The notes beneath the pieces are model-generated. The model saw only the letters and a list, made by a program, of their open reading frames with translations. It ran no database searches and was not told where the DNA came from. A DNA stretch of 64,000 nucleotides, taken from the NCBI GenBank assembly GCA_963718875.1, contig OY970378.1, positions 477,373 to 541,372 on the forward strand, written 5' to 3'. Source of the DNA: Candidatus Parcubacteria bacterium. GTDB taxonomy: Bacteria; Patescibacteriota; Saccharimonadia; UBA4664; JBIOIQ01. Shown here in pieces: positions 38,075 through 47,418 of this stretch. Position 1 is the stretch's first letter; each line of letters begins with the position of its first letter. A program made the position numbers and the translations under genes.

Positions 38075-38182
38075 CAATCCGCTCATTACCAGCACCGTCA
38101 CGAGGGCATATTGCCGGGAGGGTGAAGCGCTTTGTCGTGGTTTTAAGGGTTGAGATAGTAAGTCTTAAACATTTCAGGAAGG

Positions 38183-38665
38183 ATGGTAATAGCCATGCAA
38201 GCCATGAAAAAAGAATTTTATTTAACCGACGAAGGAGTTGTAAGACTCCGAGAAGAGTTGGCTGATTTAGTGCATAACAAGCGGGTAGAAATTGCAGCCC
38301 GTCTCAAAGAAGCAAAAGAATATGGGGATTTGAGTGAAAACATCCAGTGGGACGACGCCAAAGATCAACAGGCTTTTATAGAGGGTCGTATTGCTGAAAT
38401 TGAAAATATTCTTAAGCACTCTAGTAGAATTGAACATCCCAAAGGTTCTAGTGTGGTGGCTCTAGGGTCAACAGTGCACCTTGAGCTAGAAGATGGTGTT
38501 CAACGTTACGTTATTGTAGGCTCGACTGAAGCCAATCCGGAACAGGGAAGAATTTCAAATGAGTCTCCTATAGGCCAAGCGCTATTGGGTAAGAAACCTG
38601 GTGAAGAAGTTGAAGTCGAAGTGCCTTCTGGAACTCTTAAATACAAAATCACCAAAATCGAATAA
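38183..38665 (+). CDS. greA: Transcription elongation factor GreA
   Basis: Coiled-coil N-domain (..EYGDLSEN..) and C-terminal FKBP-like domain; three in-frame ATGs, so the start is uncertain. Confidence 0.9.
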   Translation: MVIAMQAMKKEFYLTDEGVVRLREELADLVHNKRVEIAARLKEAKEYGDLSENIQWDDAKDQQAFIEGRIAEIENILKHSSRIEHPKGSSVVALGSTVHLELEDGVQRYVIVGSTEANPEQGRISNESPIGQALLGKKPGEEVEVEVPSGTLKYKITKIE

Positions 38666-38795
38666 AACTTAATCTTTTGCGCACTTCGGCGTCGTAGCCT
38701 CTAGTTCGCATTCGGCGTATGTCTAATACGCCTCTTTCGTCAGCTGACGGATACGATCTTCGGTTCCTCCTTGAATTGCATCAAAACCTTAAGTT
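38666..38795. repeat. Imperfect palindromic intergenic repeat, divergent family copy R3
   Basis: Outer arms AACTTAA / TTAAGTT, apical hairpin GGCGTATGTCTAATACGCC, ..CACTTCGGCG.. resembles R2/R5. Confidence 0.5.
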
Positions 38796-38891
38796 TCAAT
38801 AACAATGAATAAATAAAGTATTCAAGCATAAGCGTAATGAAAGGACCCCTACGAGGGTCCTTTCTCGTTATAGGGAGAATGGTTTGCTACA

Positions 38892-41237
38892 ATGGCTAGT
38901 ATGAATTTAGAAAGTAATTATTGGCTCAATTTGGCAGTTCGCCAAATTGTACAAAAATACCCGGAAGGTGATTTGGTAGTTTCAAGTGGGATTTCCCCTT
39001 CGGCGTCCTATCATATAGGCCATTTCCGCGAAACACTAACTGCTGATGCTTTAGCTTGGGGTTTGAGGCAGGCTGGGCGCAAAGTTATCCATAAGCACGT
39101 GGTAGATAATTTTGATCCATTGCGTCGCCGCTATGACTTCCTGCCGGAAGAGTATGAGCAGTATGTGGGTTGGCCAATCTGTCTATTGCCCGACCCGTTC
39201 GAGAAATGTATTGATGAGCACAAAACCTACGCCGAGCATTTTTACCGCGAATTTGAGAAGTATGCAGTCGCTATGGGAGTTGGTGGGGAGAAAGAGGAAA
39301 AAGCCGGAAATTTTGTAGCCATCCGCAGTTATGAGCAACTTTACGCCAGTGGCAAGATGGCTCCTCAGATAGAAAAGGTTGTAGATAAAAGTGATCTTAT
39401 TCGTCAAATTTTCAAAGAAGTCTCGAATCGCGATTTGCGTGAGGGGTGGTTGCCGTTACAGCTACTGGGACCAAATAAAAGCTTTAATGAGCTCAAGTTT
39501 AAATCTATCGATGTAGCTGCAAAGATAATAGTTGGAGTTGACGAAAGTGAACACGAGCATAGCCTAGATTACACACGAGGCGAAGTTAAGTTAAACTGGC
39601 GACTAGATTGGCCTGCTCGGTGGCAGATACTTGGTGTCCAAGTGGAGCCATTTGGGGTTCAGGAGCATGGTGCTGCCGGAAGCTCGTATGATACGGGAGT
39701 GGCTTTTAGCGAAAAAGTTTTTGGCTATCCTGCTCCAATGCCAGCCGCGCCTTACGGCAATATTCACCTGCTGGGTGATAATACTAAGATGAGCTCGTCT
39801 AAAGGTAATTTAATCACTCCAGAGCAGGCACTTCAAATAATGCCGGCCGAAATACTCCGATATTTCATTGTCCGAAGCAAGCCTGAGCGGACACTCTATT
39901 TTGATTCCGGGGTTGGACTATTCAACTTAATCGATGAGTTTTCGCAGATTCAAGAGGCCTTATCGAAAGACTTGACACATGAATTTGCTGATGCTTATTA
40001 CTTTGCTACCGCCAATACTACAGCAGAAAAGGTGATCTCAAGTGTGCCGTTTAACCACTTGGTAACGGCATATCAGACCGCTAGAGGTGATTTGAGTCAG
40101 GTCGTGGATATCCTGGCTAGAACAGGCTGGAAGCCGGCTGATAAGGCCGAGGAAGAGGTCTTGGGACGAGAAATCGTCTTTGTCAGTTCCTGGCTGGAGC
40201 GATATGCTCCGGACAGTATAAAGTTTCAAATCCAGCCAAGTTTGCCCAAGGTGCAGTTATCTGATACTCAGAGAGCTTTTTTAGGCCTGTTAGCGGCAGC
40301 GCTAGATAAAGAGGTAATAGCGGATGGTCAAAAAATGCACAATGAAATTTATACGGCTTCTGAAGGGGCTAAAATCAAACCGGCAGAGGCTTTTGAGGCA
40401 CTATATTTGGTGATTCTGAATAAAAAAGCCGGCCCTAAAGCGGGGTGGTTTTTAGCAAGTCTTGAGCACGAGTGGCTGGTGAAGCGATTACGGGAGGCTA
40501 CAGAACAGACTTCGGTGCAATCCGAGGCGGAACCGGTGCAAGATTTGGTGGCTCAGCTTGATCAAGGTAGGCAATTTAAGGTTGAGAGTGATTTGTTGAA
40601 GGCTTTTCCAAATACAGCCATTGGTTATTGCGTGGCGGATATTGAGGTAGAGGGTCGCTCTGATTATGATTTCGAAGGATTAAAATTGGCGCTGGAAATG
40701 GCGGGAGTGACGCTGGATAATATAGCTAATCAACCAGAAATAAAAGCTTGGCGTGAGGCTTACAAGATTTTTGGCGTAAAACCAAGTGATTATCGCAGCT
40801 CGGTCGAGGCATTAGTGAGGCGGGTGTTGGCTGATAAACCTTGGCATGTAAACAGTATTGTAGATACGTATAACGCTGTCTCGGTTAAGTATGTGGTGGC
40901 TATGGGTGCTATGGATTTGGATGAGGCTCATGGGGATATTAATCTTAGATTTGGCAAAGATGGTGAACTGGCTAATTTGATGGGGGTGGAGGAGCCTGTT
41001 GTTGTGAGCTCAAGACAGCCGGTCTATGCTGATGATGAGCAGATTATTACATGGTTGTGGAATTACCGTGACGCGGCAGCTACAGCTGTTACAGCTAAGA
41101 CTAAAAAGGCGGTTTTCTTTATCGATTCGGTGCGAGGGCGAGAGGCTGTTGAGACGGCTTTGAAAGAGCTAGTCAGAGAGCTGGAGCAGAAGCATAGAGC
41201 AAATGTGTTGACTCAAGGGATTCTATCGGCTAGTTAA
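38892..41237 (+). CDS. lysK: Class-I lysyl-tRNA synthetase fused to a C-terminal B3/4 (COG3382-like) domain
   Basis: HIGH (SYHIGH), KMSKS variant KMSSSKG; C-terminal ~220 aa with AWREAYKIFGVKPSDYRSSVEALVRRVL..VNSIVDTYNAVS typical of stand-alone B3/4 proteins; start may be the leaderless ATG 38901. Confidence 0.8.
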   Translation: MASMNLESNYWLNLAVRQIVQKYPEGDLVVSSGISPSASYHIGHFRETLTADALAWGLRQAGRKVIHKHVVDNFDPLRRRYDFLPEEYEQYVGWPICLLPDPFEKCIDEHKTYAEHFYREFEKYAVAMGVGGEKEEKAGNFVAIRSYEQLYASGKMAPQIEKVVDKSDLIRQIFKEVSNRDLREGWLPLQLLGPNKSFNELKFKSIDVAAKIIVGVDESEHEHSLDYTRGEVKLNWRLDWPARWQILGVQVEPFGVQEHGAAGSSYDTGVAFSEKVFGYPAPMPAAPYGNIHLLGDNTKMSSSKGNLITPEQALQIMPAEILRYFIVRSKPERTLYFDSGVGLFNLIDEFSQIQEALSKDLTHEFADAYYFATANTTAEKVISSVPFNHLVTAYQTARGDLSQVVDILARTGWKPADKAEEEVLGREIVFVSSWLERYAPDSIKFQIQPSLPKVQLSDTQRAFLGLLAAALDKEVIADGQKMHNEIYTASEGAKIKPAEAFEALYLVILNKKAGPKAGWFLASLEHEWLVKRLREATEQTSVQSEAEPVQDLVAQLDQGRQFKVESDLLKAFPNTAIGYCVADIEVEGRSDYDFEGLKLALEMAGVTLDNIANQPEIKAWREAYKIFGVKPSDYRSSVEALVRRVLADKPWHVNSIVDTYNAVSVKYVVAMGAMDLDEAHGDINLRFGKDGELANLMGVEEPVVVSSRQPVYADDEQIITWLWNYRDAAATAVTAKTKKAVFFIDSVRGREAVETALKELVRELEQKHRANVLTQGILSAS

Positions 41238-41315
41238 ACTTGTGAAGACACTTTTTTTGCGCTAAATTAAAGCCAGCGCCGGACCAGCCGTCGCCTGTTT
41301 CGTGGAGGATGAATC

Positions 41316-41723
41316 TTGAGCCCACTTGAGGTTGCCGCTCTGAAGAGCCTGAATAAGGCTCGCAGAGCATGGGGATTGCCTTCGTGGCCGGCGCTGGTTC
41401 CGGCTACACCGTCCGACCCCTGTGGATGCGAGTTCTGGAAGGGGCTGGTCGACGGAGACCCATTGGTCTCGGTCGGAGCAGATCACATCATTGCTGGCCG
41501 AGATGCTGCTCGAGTCATCTATGCCGCCTTTGGCAGACTTGATGACGAGGGGAGAAGATGGGAGGTTCTGAGGGGAGATCTGGTCAAGATCAGGATGAGA
41601 GATACTCTCGCGAGCTTCGTGGAGGCCTTCGACGAGCGCCGTTTTCCTCATCTCATCGACGACGAGGCGGACGAGGCGTACCGGGTTAAGAGGGCGGCCG
41701 AGCAGACATTGGTTTCTGCCTAA
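41316..41723 (+). CDS. G+C-rich foreign-looking hypothetical 135-aa protein
   Basis: GGAGG 7 nt upstream of TTG 41316; acidic C-terminus; composition differs from flanking lysK/serS; the overlapping minus-strand ORF is judged an artefact. Confidence 0.5.
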   Translation: MSPLEVAALKSLNKARRAWGLPSWPALVPATPSDPCGCEFWKGLVDGDPLVSVGADHIIAGRDAARVIYAAFGRLDDEGRRWEVLRGDLVKIRMRDTLASFVEAFDERRFPHLIDDEADEAYRVKRAAEQTLVSA

Positions 41724-41738
41724 TTGCTGCGCAACATG

Positions 41739-41780
41739 ATCCACCGTCGGTGGGGGGTTATCCCTCCACCGACGGTGGAT
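41739..41780. terminator. Strong G+C-rich palindrome / terminator
   Basis: ATCCACCGTCGGTGG..CCACCGACGGTGGAT, 15-bp perfect arms. Confidence 0.7.
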
Positions 41781-41830
41781 TTAAGGTCACGGATTTATTA
41801 TTTAGCTACAAAGACGTATAATAGTAGTCA

Positions 41831-43141
41831 ATGATTGACATTAAACATCTACGAGATCAGCCGAAACTTTATAAAGACTCCGCGCACAGTCGCGGAGTAG
41901 TTGTTGATATCGATAAACTGCTTGAGCTCGATAAGCGACGAACTGAGCTTATTGGCCAGATTGAGGCTTTGCGGGCTAAGCTGAACGTCAAAGGTAAGCC
42001 GAGCGAGGAAGAGCTCAAAGAGCTGCAAGAATTCAAAGCTGAGCTAGGCTCACTCGATAAAGAGTTCAGTAAAATTGACTCTCAGTTCCAGAAGTTGCTT
42101 TATTCAGTGCCAAACCTCCATTCGTCCGATACTCCGATAGGGAAAGATGAGTCAGAAAATGTCGTAGTAAGGCAAGTGGGAGAAATTCCTGTTTTTGATT
42201 TTAGCCCAAAAGAGCATTGGGAGCTTGGTGCTGATTTGGACGTTATAGATAACGAACGTGCTGCCGAAGTTGCAGGCGGCCGGTTTACCTACCTTAAAGG
42301 TGGGTTGGTTAAACTACAGTTTGCACTAATCAGCTTTATTACTCAAAATCTGACCGATCAGGCTACCATTGCGGAGATTATTTCGGATGCGGGTATACCA
42401 GTTGATCCAACGCCCTTTGTGCCGGTCGTACCACCTGTAATGATCCGCAGAAGTATACTGGAGCGTATGGCACGGCTTGACCCCATTGAGGATCGGTATA
42501 GGGTAATTCCTGGAGATGCCAAAACTTTGCCAGATGAATTCGACAACGACCTTTTTTTGGTTGGAAGTGCCGAACATACGTTAGGGCCACTTCATATGGA
42601 TGAAGCCATCTCAGAGTCAAGGCTGCCGCTTCGATATTTAGGCTACTCAACGGCTTTTAGGGGTGAGGCTGGAAGCTATGGAAAAGATGTAAGAGGGATC
42701 TTGCGCGTCCATCAGTTTGATAAACTGGAGATGGAATCGTTTAGCACTCCTGATACATCAATTGCTGAGCAAGACTTTTTTGTAGCCGTCCAAGAGTTTA
42801 TTCTTCAGTCTTTAGAGTTACCTTATCAGGTTGTGGCCATTTCTACTGGCGACATGGGTGATCCCGATTATCGCCAAGTCGATATCGAGACCTGGATGCC
42901 TGGTCAAAATAAGTATCGCGAAACGCATACGGCCGATTTAATGACGGATTATCAATCGAGACGATTGAGAATAAAACTTAAGCGAGAAGATGGTCAAACT
43001 GAATTTGTCCACATGAATGACGCTACAGCATGTGCTGTTGGGCGTCTACTCATAGCTATAATGGAAAACTATCAAACAGCTGAGGGGAAAATTAAGGTCC
43101 CCAAAGTTTTGCAACCATACTATGGAGGTGAGTTTTTATAA
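41831..43141 (+). CDS. serS: Seryl-tRNA synthetase
   Basis: N-terminal coiled-coil arm, class II motifs (..FRGEAGSYGKDVRGILRVHQF..); TATAAT 8 nt before the ATG. Confidence 0.9.
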   Translation: MIDIKHLRDQPKLYKDSAHSRGVVVDIDKLLELDKRRTELIGQIEALRAKLNVKGKPSEEELKELQEFKAELGSLDKEFSKIDSQFQKLLYSVPNLHSSDTPIGKDESENVVVRQVGEIPVFDFSPKEHWELGADLDVIDNERAAEVAGGRFTYLKGGLVKLQFALISFITQNLTDQATIAEIISDAGIPVDPTPFVPVVPPVMIRRSILERMARLDPIEDRYRVIPGDAKTLPDEFDNDLFLVGSAEHTLGPLHMDEAISESRLPLRYLGYSTAFRGEAGSYGKDVRGILRVHQFDKLEMESFSTPDTSIAEQDFFVAVQEFILQSLELPYQVVAISTGDMGDPDYRQVDIETWMPGQNKYRETHTADLMTDYQSRRLRIKLKREDGQTEFVHMNDATACAVGRLLIAIMENYQTAEGKIKVPKVLQPYYGGEFL

Positions 43142-43185
43142 TAAACCAGCACGTAGCTAATAGTAATTAAATCAGGAGGTATGCA

Positions 43186-43557
43186 ATGATTGAGGTACAG
43201 GTTAGTGGTAATAATTACGAGTTGAACGATAAAATTACCGATTACGTGCAGGAAAAAATTGGCAACCTAGAAAAATACTTACCTAAACAAGTTCGAAATG
43301 GCATTAAAGGTAGTGTAACCTTAACCACTGACGTTTCAGGAAAAGAAGGTAATCAATGCGTTTGTGAAGCTATTATTCCGGTAAAAGGAGCGGTGATTGA
43401 GGCTAAGGAAGCCACAATGAATATGTTTGCGGCCGTTGATATTTGCGCTGCTAAGTTAAAAGCTCAAATGGTTAAGTACAAAGACAAAAACAGTCCGCGT
43501 CAAAACCGAGCTAAGGTTTTTGTGGCTAAATTGACCAGGCGTTATGTCGAGGAATAA
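43186..43557 (+). CDS. hpf: Ribosome hibernation factor (HPF/RaiA, short form)
   Basis: 123 aa, sigma-54-modulation-protein-like fold pattern; AGGAGG RBS. Confidence 0.75.
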   Translation: MIEVQVSGNNYELNDKITDYVQEKIGNLEKYLPKQVRNGIKGSVTLTTDVSGKEGNQCVCEAIIPVKGAVIEAKEATMNMFAAVDICAAKLKAQMVKYKDKNSPRQNRAKVFVAKLTRRYVEE

Positions 43558-43679
43558 CGTGATCTTGAAGTAGAAGTCAGACTTCTAATCTAGAGGTCAT
43601 CTAACTGGATTTATAAGTCTGACTTTCGAAGGATCGCCTGCGTGACCTTGCTTGCCAAAAGCTGTATAATTACTTGAAC

Positions 43680-46319
43680 ATGAGTATTTTTACTAAAATA
43701 TTAGGTGATCCCAACGCGCGGGAAGTTAAAAAGGCCCAGCCCCTGGTAACCAAGACTAATGAGCTGGAAGACCAGATAAAAAAGCTATCCGATGCAAAAC
43801 TACGTGATCAAACTAGTTCTTTGCGAGATAGGGTCAAAAAAGGCGAATCGCTTGATAAACTTCTGCCGGAGGCGTTTGCTACTGTACGTGAAGCAGCGCG
43901 AAGGGCTATTGGCCAGCGCCACTTTGATGTGCAGCTGATTGGTGGAATTGTGCTTCATGAAGGTAAAATAGCTGAGATGCGGACTGGTGAAGGTAAGACC
44001 TTGGTTGCAACAGGGCCGGTATATCTTAACGCCTTGGAGGAAAAGGGCGTACATGTTGTAACCGTCAACGATTACCTAGCGAGTTTGCATGGGGCCTGGA
44101 TGGGTCAGGTCTATCATGCTTTAGGGCTAACTACCGGGGTAATTATCCACGACCAAGCTTTTTTGTATGATCCCGAATTTAGCAATGACGACCATTCAGA
44201 TGAGCGCATGAAGCCCTTGCGTCCGGTAAGTCGCCAGGAAGCGTATAAGGCAGATATTACTTATGGTACCAATAATGAGTTTGGGTTTGATTATTTGCGC
44301 GACAACATGGTAGATGACGTCAGCCGGATGGTGCAACGTGACTTACATTACGCCATTGTTGATGAGGTGGACTCAATCTTGATTGATGAGGCGCGTACTC
44401 CTTTGATAATTTCGGCTCCAGCCGAGGAAAGTACCGATAAGTATTTGCGTTTTGCTCAGATTGCTCGACGCTTAATTCCAGACAAGCATTATAGCGTCGA
44501 CGAGAAGCTCAAAGCTGTTAGCCTGACAGATGAAGGTATCATGGAGATCGAGAAAATACTGGGAGTAGAAAACATCTATGAAGCTGGTCGAATAGATGAT
44601 GTCCACCACATAGAGCAGTCACTGAAGGCGGAGGCATTATTTAAAATTGATCGAGATTACGTTGCTCGTGAAGGTGAAATTATTATTGTGGATGAGTTTA
44701 CGGGTAGGTTGATGCCTGGTAGACGGTACAGCGAGGGGCTACATCAGGCAATTGAAGCCAAGGAGAACGTCCAGATTCGTAATGAATCCTTGACGCTAGC
44801 GACAATTACATTTCAAAATTATTTTCGACTGTATAGCAAGCTAGCCGGTATGACAGGTACGGCGGCTACGGAAGCAGAAGAATTTGGAAAAATATACGAA
44901 CTGGACGTAACCAATATTCCCACTCATCGACCAATGGTGCGTCAAGATCTGCCGGATCGAATTTACAAGTCTGAGCTGGGCAAGTTTAAGGCTGTGGCTA
45001 AAGAAGTCGCCGAGCGTCATACTAAGGGACAGCCGGTACTTCTAGGTACGGTCTCGATTGAAAAAAACGAGCTTTTGTCGGAAGTTTTGAGCCAGCTCAA
45101 AGTGCCACATCAGGTATTGAACGCCAAGAATAATGAGGCCGAAGCAGGTATTATTGCCTCGGCTGGGCAAAAAGGTCAAGTAACTCTTGCGACCAACATT
45201 GCCGGGCGAGGTACCGATATTATGCTGGGGGAGGGCGTGTCAGAGCTAGGGGGATTGCATGTCATAGGGACTGAGCGGCACGAATCGCGCCGGATTGACA
45301 ATCAACTTCGAGGAAGAAGTGGCCGGCAAGGGGATCCAGGTTCCAGCCAATTCTATGTATCCCTAGAAGACGATCTGATGCGTATATTTGGTGGCGAGCG
45401 TATAGGTAGCCTTATGAACACTCTGGGCCTTGACGAAGAGACGCCAATCGAGAATGGCATAATCACACGCTCGATCGAAAGTGCCCAAAAGAAGGTGGAA
45501 GGGCATAATTTTGATATTCGTAAGTCCCTAGTGGAATATGATGACGTTATGAATAAGCACCGGACGGCGATATATGTGCGTCGCCGCAAAGCTTTGGAAA
45601 ATGCTGATCTGAGGCCCGAGATTCAGGGGTTTGTGGAGCACGAAGTCGAATTAGCCGTAAATGCACATACCGATAGCCGTACAAGAGTTACTGATATTGC
45701 GGCTGTAGTGGAGGCAGTAGCTGGGATTATGCCTTTGGATCATGATTTGATCAAAAAACTTGAAGCGGCTCATCCCAACGAAGTTATCGATATATTAAAG
45801 AAAACTACTCATGATCTGTATCAGCAACGGATTGTCCAGTTTGGCGAAGAGCACATGCATATACTGGAGAAACTGATCTACCTGCGTATTCTTGATAACC
45901 TTTGGATAGAGCACTTGGAGGCTATGGATAGCCTGCGTAGCGGCATTGGCCTGAGGGCAATTGGGCAGCGGGATCCGTTGGTGGAGTATAAAAGTGAGGG
46001 ATACAAGATGTATCGCAATTTAATTGCCATTATGGAGGCTGAAGTAGCTTCTTCAATCTTTAAAGCTTCAATTGGACCGGCAGAAGGGGCGGAGGTTCCC
46101 TTCGACTCCGCTCAGGGTTTGCAGCCTGTAGAAACGGCTTTAACTAAAGCAGCTCAGGCAGCTGCTACTAACGCTCCTGACGAGCAGGTTAAAAAACCTC
46201 AAAGGTCAAAAGTCAAAAGCGAAGGCAAAAAAGTGGGTAGAAACGATATGTGTCCTTGCGGATCCGGCCTTAAGTACAAGAAATGCGGCATGATAAACTC
46301 GCCGTCGCATAAGGGTTAA
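43680..46319 (+). CDS. secA: Preprotein translocase ATPase SecA
   Basis: MRTGEGKTL Walker A, DEVDSILIDEARTPLIIS, C-terminal zinc finger CPCGSGLKYKKCG. Confidence 0.95.
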   Translation: MSIFTKILGDPNAREVKKAQPLVTKTNELEDQIKKLSDAKLRDQTSSLRDRVKKGESLDKLLPEAFATVREAARRAIGQRHFDVQLIGGIVLHEGKIAEMRTGEGKTLVATGPVYLNALEEKGVHVVTVNDYLASLHGAWMGQVYHALGLTTGVIIHDQAFLYDPEFSNDDHSDERMKPLRPVSRQEAYKADITYGTNNEFGFDYLRDNMVDDVSRMVQRDLHYAIVDEVDSILIDEARTPLIISAPAEESTDKYLRFAQIARRLIPDKHYSVDEKLKAVSLTDEGIMEIEKILGVENIYEAGRIDDVHHIEQSLKAEALFKIDRDYVAREGEIIIVDEFTGRLMPGRRYSEGLHQAIEAKENVQIRNESLTLATITFQNYFRLYSKLAGMTGTAATEAEEFGKIYELDVTNIPTHRPMVRQDLPDRIYKSELGKFKAVAKEVAERHTKGQPVLLGTVSIEKNELLSEVLSQLKVPHQVLNAKNNEAEAGIIASAGQKGQVTLATNIAGRGTDIMLGEGVSELGGLHVIGTERHESRRIDNQLRGRSGRQGDPGSSQFYVSLEDDLMRIFGGERIGSLMNTLGLDEETPIENGIITRSIESAQKKVEGHNFDIRKSLVEYDDVMNKHRTAIYVRRRKALENADLRPEIQGFVEHEVELAVNAHTDSRTRVTDIAAVVEAVAGIMPLDHDLIKKLEAAHPNEVIDILKKTTHDLYQQRIVQFGEEHMHILEKLIYLRILDNLWIEHLEAMDSLRSGIGLRAIGQRDPLVEYKSEGYKMYRNLIAIMEAEVASSIFKASIGPAEGAEVPFDSAQGLQPVETALTKAAQAAATNAPDEQVKKPQRSKVKSEGKKVGRNDMCPCGSGLKYKKCGMINSPSHKG

Positions 46320-46423
46320 AAACAATTTAGCTTTCTTAATCTAGCCGCTGTCAAAAGTCAGTGGGTACATGTCAATTGTTACTTGAGTGCTATAATTAAA
46401 GCATAACTAGGATTTTTACAGAT

Positions 46424-46690
46424 ATGCGTCAGATTGACGCCAAAACTCAAACTACAGGAGAGTTGCAAAAGATTGACGGGACCCCAATCCCGGAAGATGA
46501 GCCGTTAATATTGTTTAGGGGTAAGGACAAGCTATTACCTGATATGTTGCGTAGCTATAATGAGCTCTGTCGAGCTGCTGGGGCTGATGAGGCTCAGCTA
46601 TCGGTGGTCGAGGCTAAGATTAAGTCGATTGAGGCGTGGCAAAGGGCTAACCAAGATAAGGTTAAGGTTCCAGATTATGTCGCGAAGTGA
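46424..46690 (+). CDS. Hypothetical 88-aa protein
   Basis: ORF translationally coupled to the next gene (ATG 46677 overlaps); no motif recognised. Confidence 0.5.
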   Translation: MRQIDAKTQTTGELQKIDGTPIPEDEPLILFRGKDKLLPDMLRSYNELCRAAGADEAQLSVVEAKIKSIEAWQRANQDKVKVPDYVAK

Positions 46691-47069
46691 TTCTAGCTCT
46701 ACGCTCGGATATCAGATTAGGCACTTTTTTATTTACTTTGCCATTATGGTGAGCGTGATAGTGCTTTTTAAACCTGGTGGCGACGGACCGCTTCCGTTCC
46801 CTCAGGCCGATAAGGTAATTCACGCTTTGACGTTTGCTTTGCTGGCGCTGGGGATGAGGTGGCGAATTCTAAGCTGGAAAGTAATCTTTGTGAGCCTAGC
46901 ATCATATGCCGCATTAAGTGAACTTATTCAGCGTTACTTTGTTCCAGGAAGAGAGTTTGATTTGGTAGATATTACAGCTGATTTGTCGGGCGTGATTTTT
47001 ATCCTGATTTGGGTGATGCTGTCTAAATTGTCATCCCGAGCCGTCGGTCGAAGGACGAGGGAACTATGA
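46677..47069 (+). CDS. VanZ-like membrane protein
   Basis: DKVIHALTF and E..Q......R.FD..D...D motifs in four TM helices. Confidence 0.7.
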   Translation: MSRSDSSSTLGYQIRHFFIYFAIMVSVIVLFKPGGDGPLPFPQADKVIHALTFALLALGMRWRILSWKVIFVSLASYAALSELIQRYFVPGREFDLVDITADLSGVIFILIWVMLSKLSSRAVGRRTREL

Positions 47070-47362
47070 AGGAATATAGCGTCTATATCACAACTAATAA
47101 CACAGGCACACTTTATGTGGGTATGACTGGTGACCTGCCACATCGCATGGACCAACATAAGGCGAAAACATTTCCGGGGTTTACCAACAAGTACTGGGTG
47201 GATAAATTGGTATACTTCGAGATGACTTCTGATCCGATCGCTGCAATCTCACGAGAGAAACAACTCAAAGGCTGGCGACGATCGAAAAAGATTAGCTTAA
47301 TAGAATCGATGAATCCTGGCTGGCTAGATCTGTCCATAGATACTTCGGCAGGCTCAGCATGA
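47066..47362 (+). CDS. GIY-YIG nuclease-superfamily protein (UPF0213-like)
   Basis: YSVYITTN..GTLYVGMT..R...H motif. Confidence 0.8.
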   Translation: MKEYSVYITTNNTGTLYVGMTGDLPHRMDQHKAKTFPGFTNKYWVDKLVYFEMTSDPIAAISREKQLKGWRRSKKISLIESMNPGWLDLSIDTSAGSA

Positions 47363-47418
47363 CAGGTAAAAAATCTGATATCAAAGAAGGCGTCGTTGGA
47401 GTAAGGGCCGGAGGTATC

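Noticed and set aside
41262-41744. 160-aa minus-strand ORF overlapping 41316..41723
   Set aside because: It has no RBS and a Ser/Arg/Pro-rich translation. The plus-strand ORF has GGAGG at the correct spacing and a downstream terminator. The call remains uncertain.
47066-47362. GIY-YIG gene as evidence of a homing endonuclease or mobile intron
   Set aside because: It is a small stand-alone UPF0213-type domain, translationally coupled to its neighbours. There is no intron or intein context and there are no flanking repeats.
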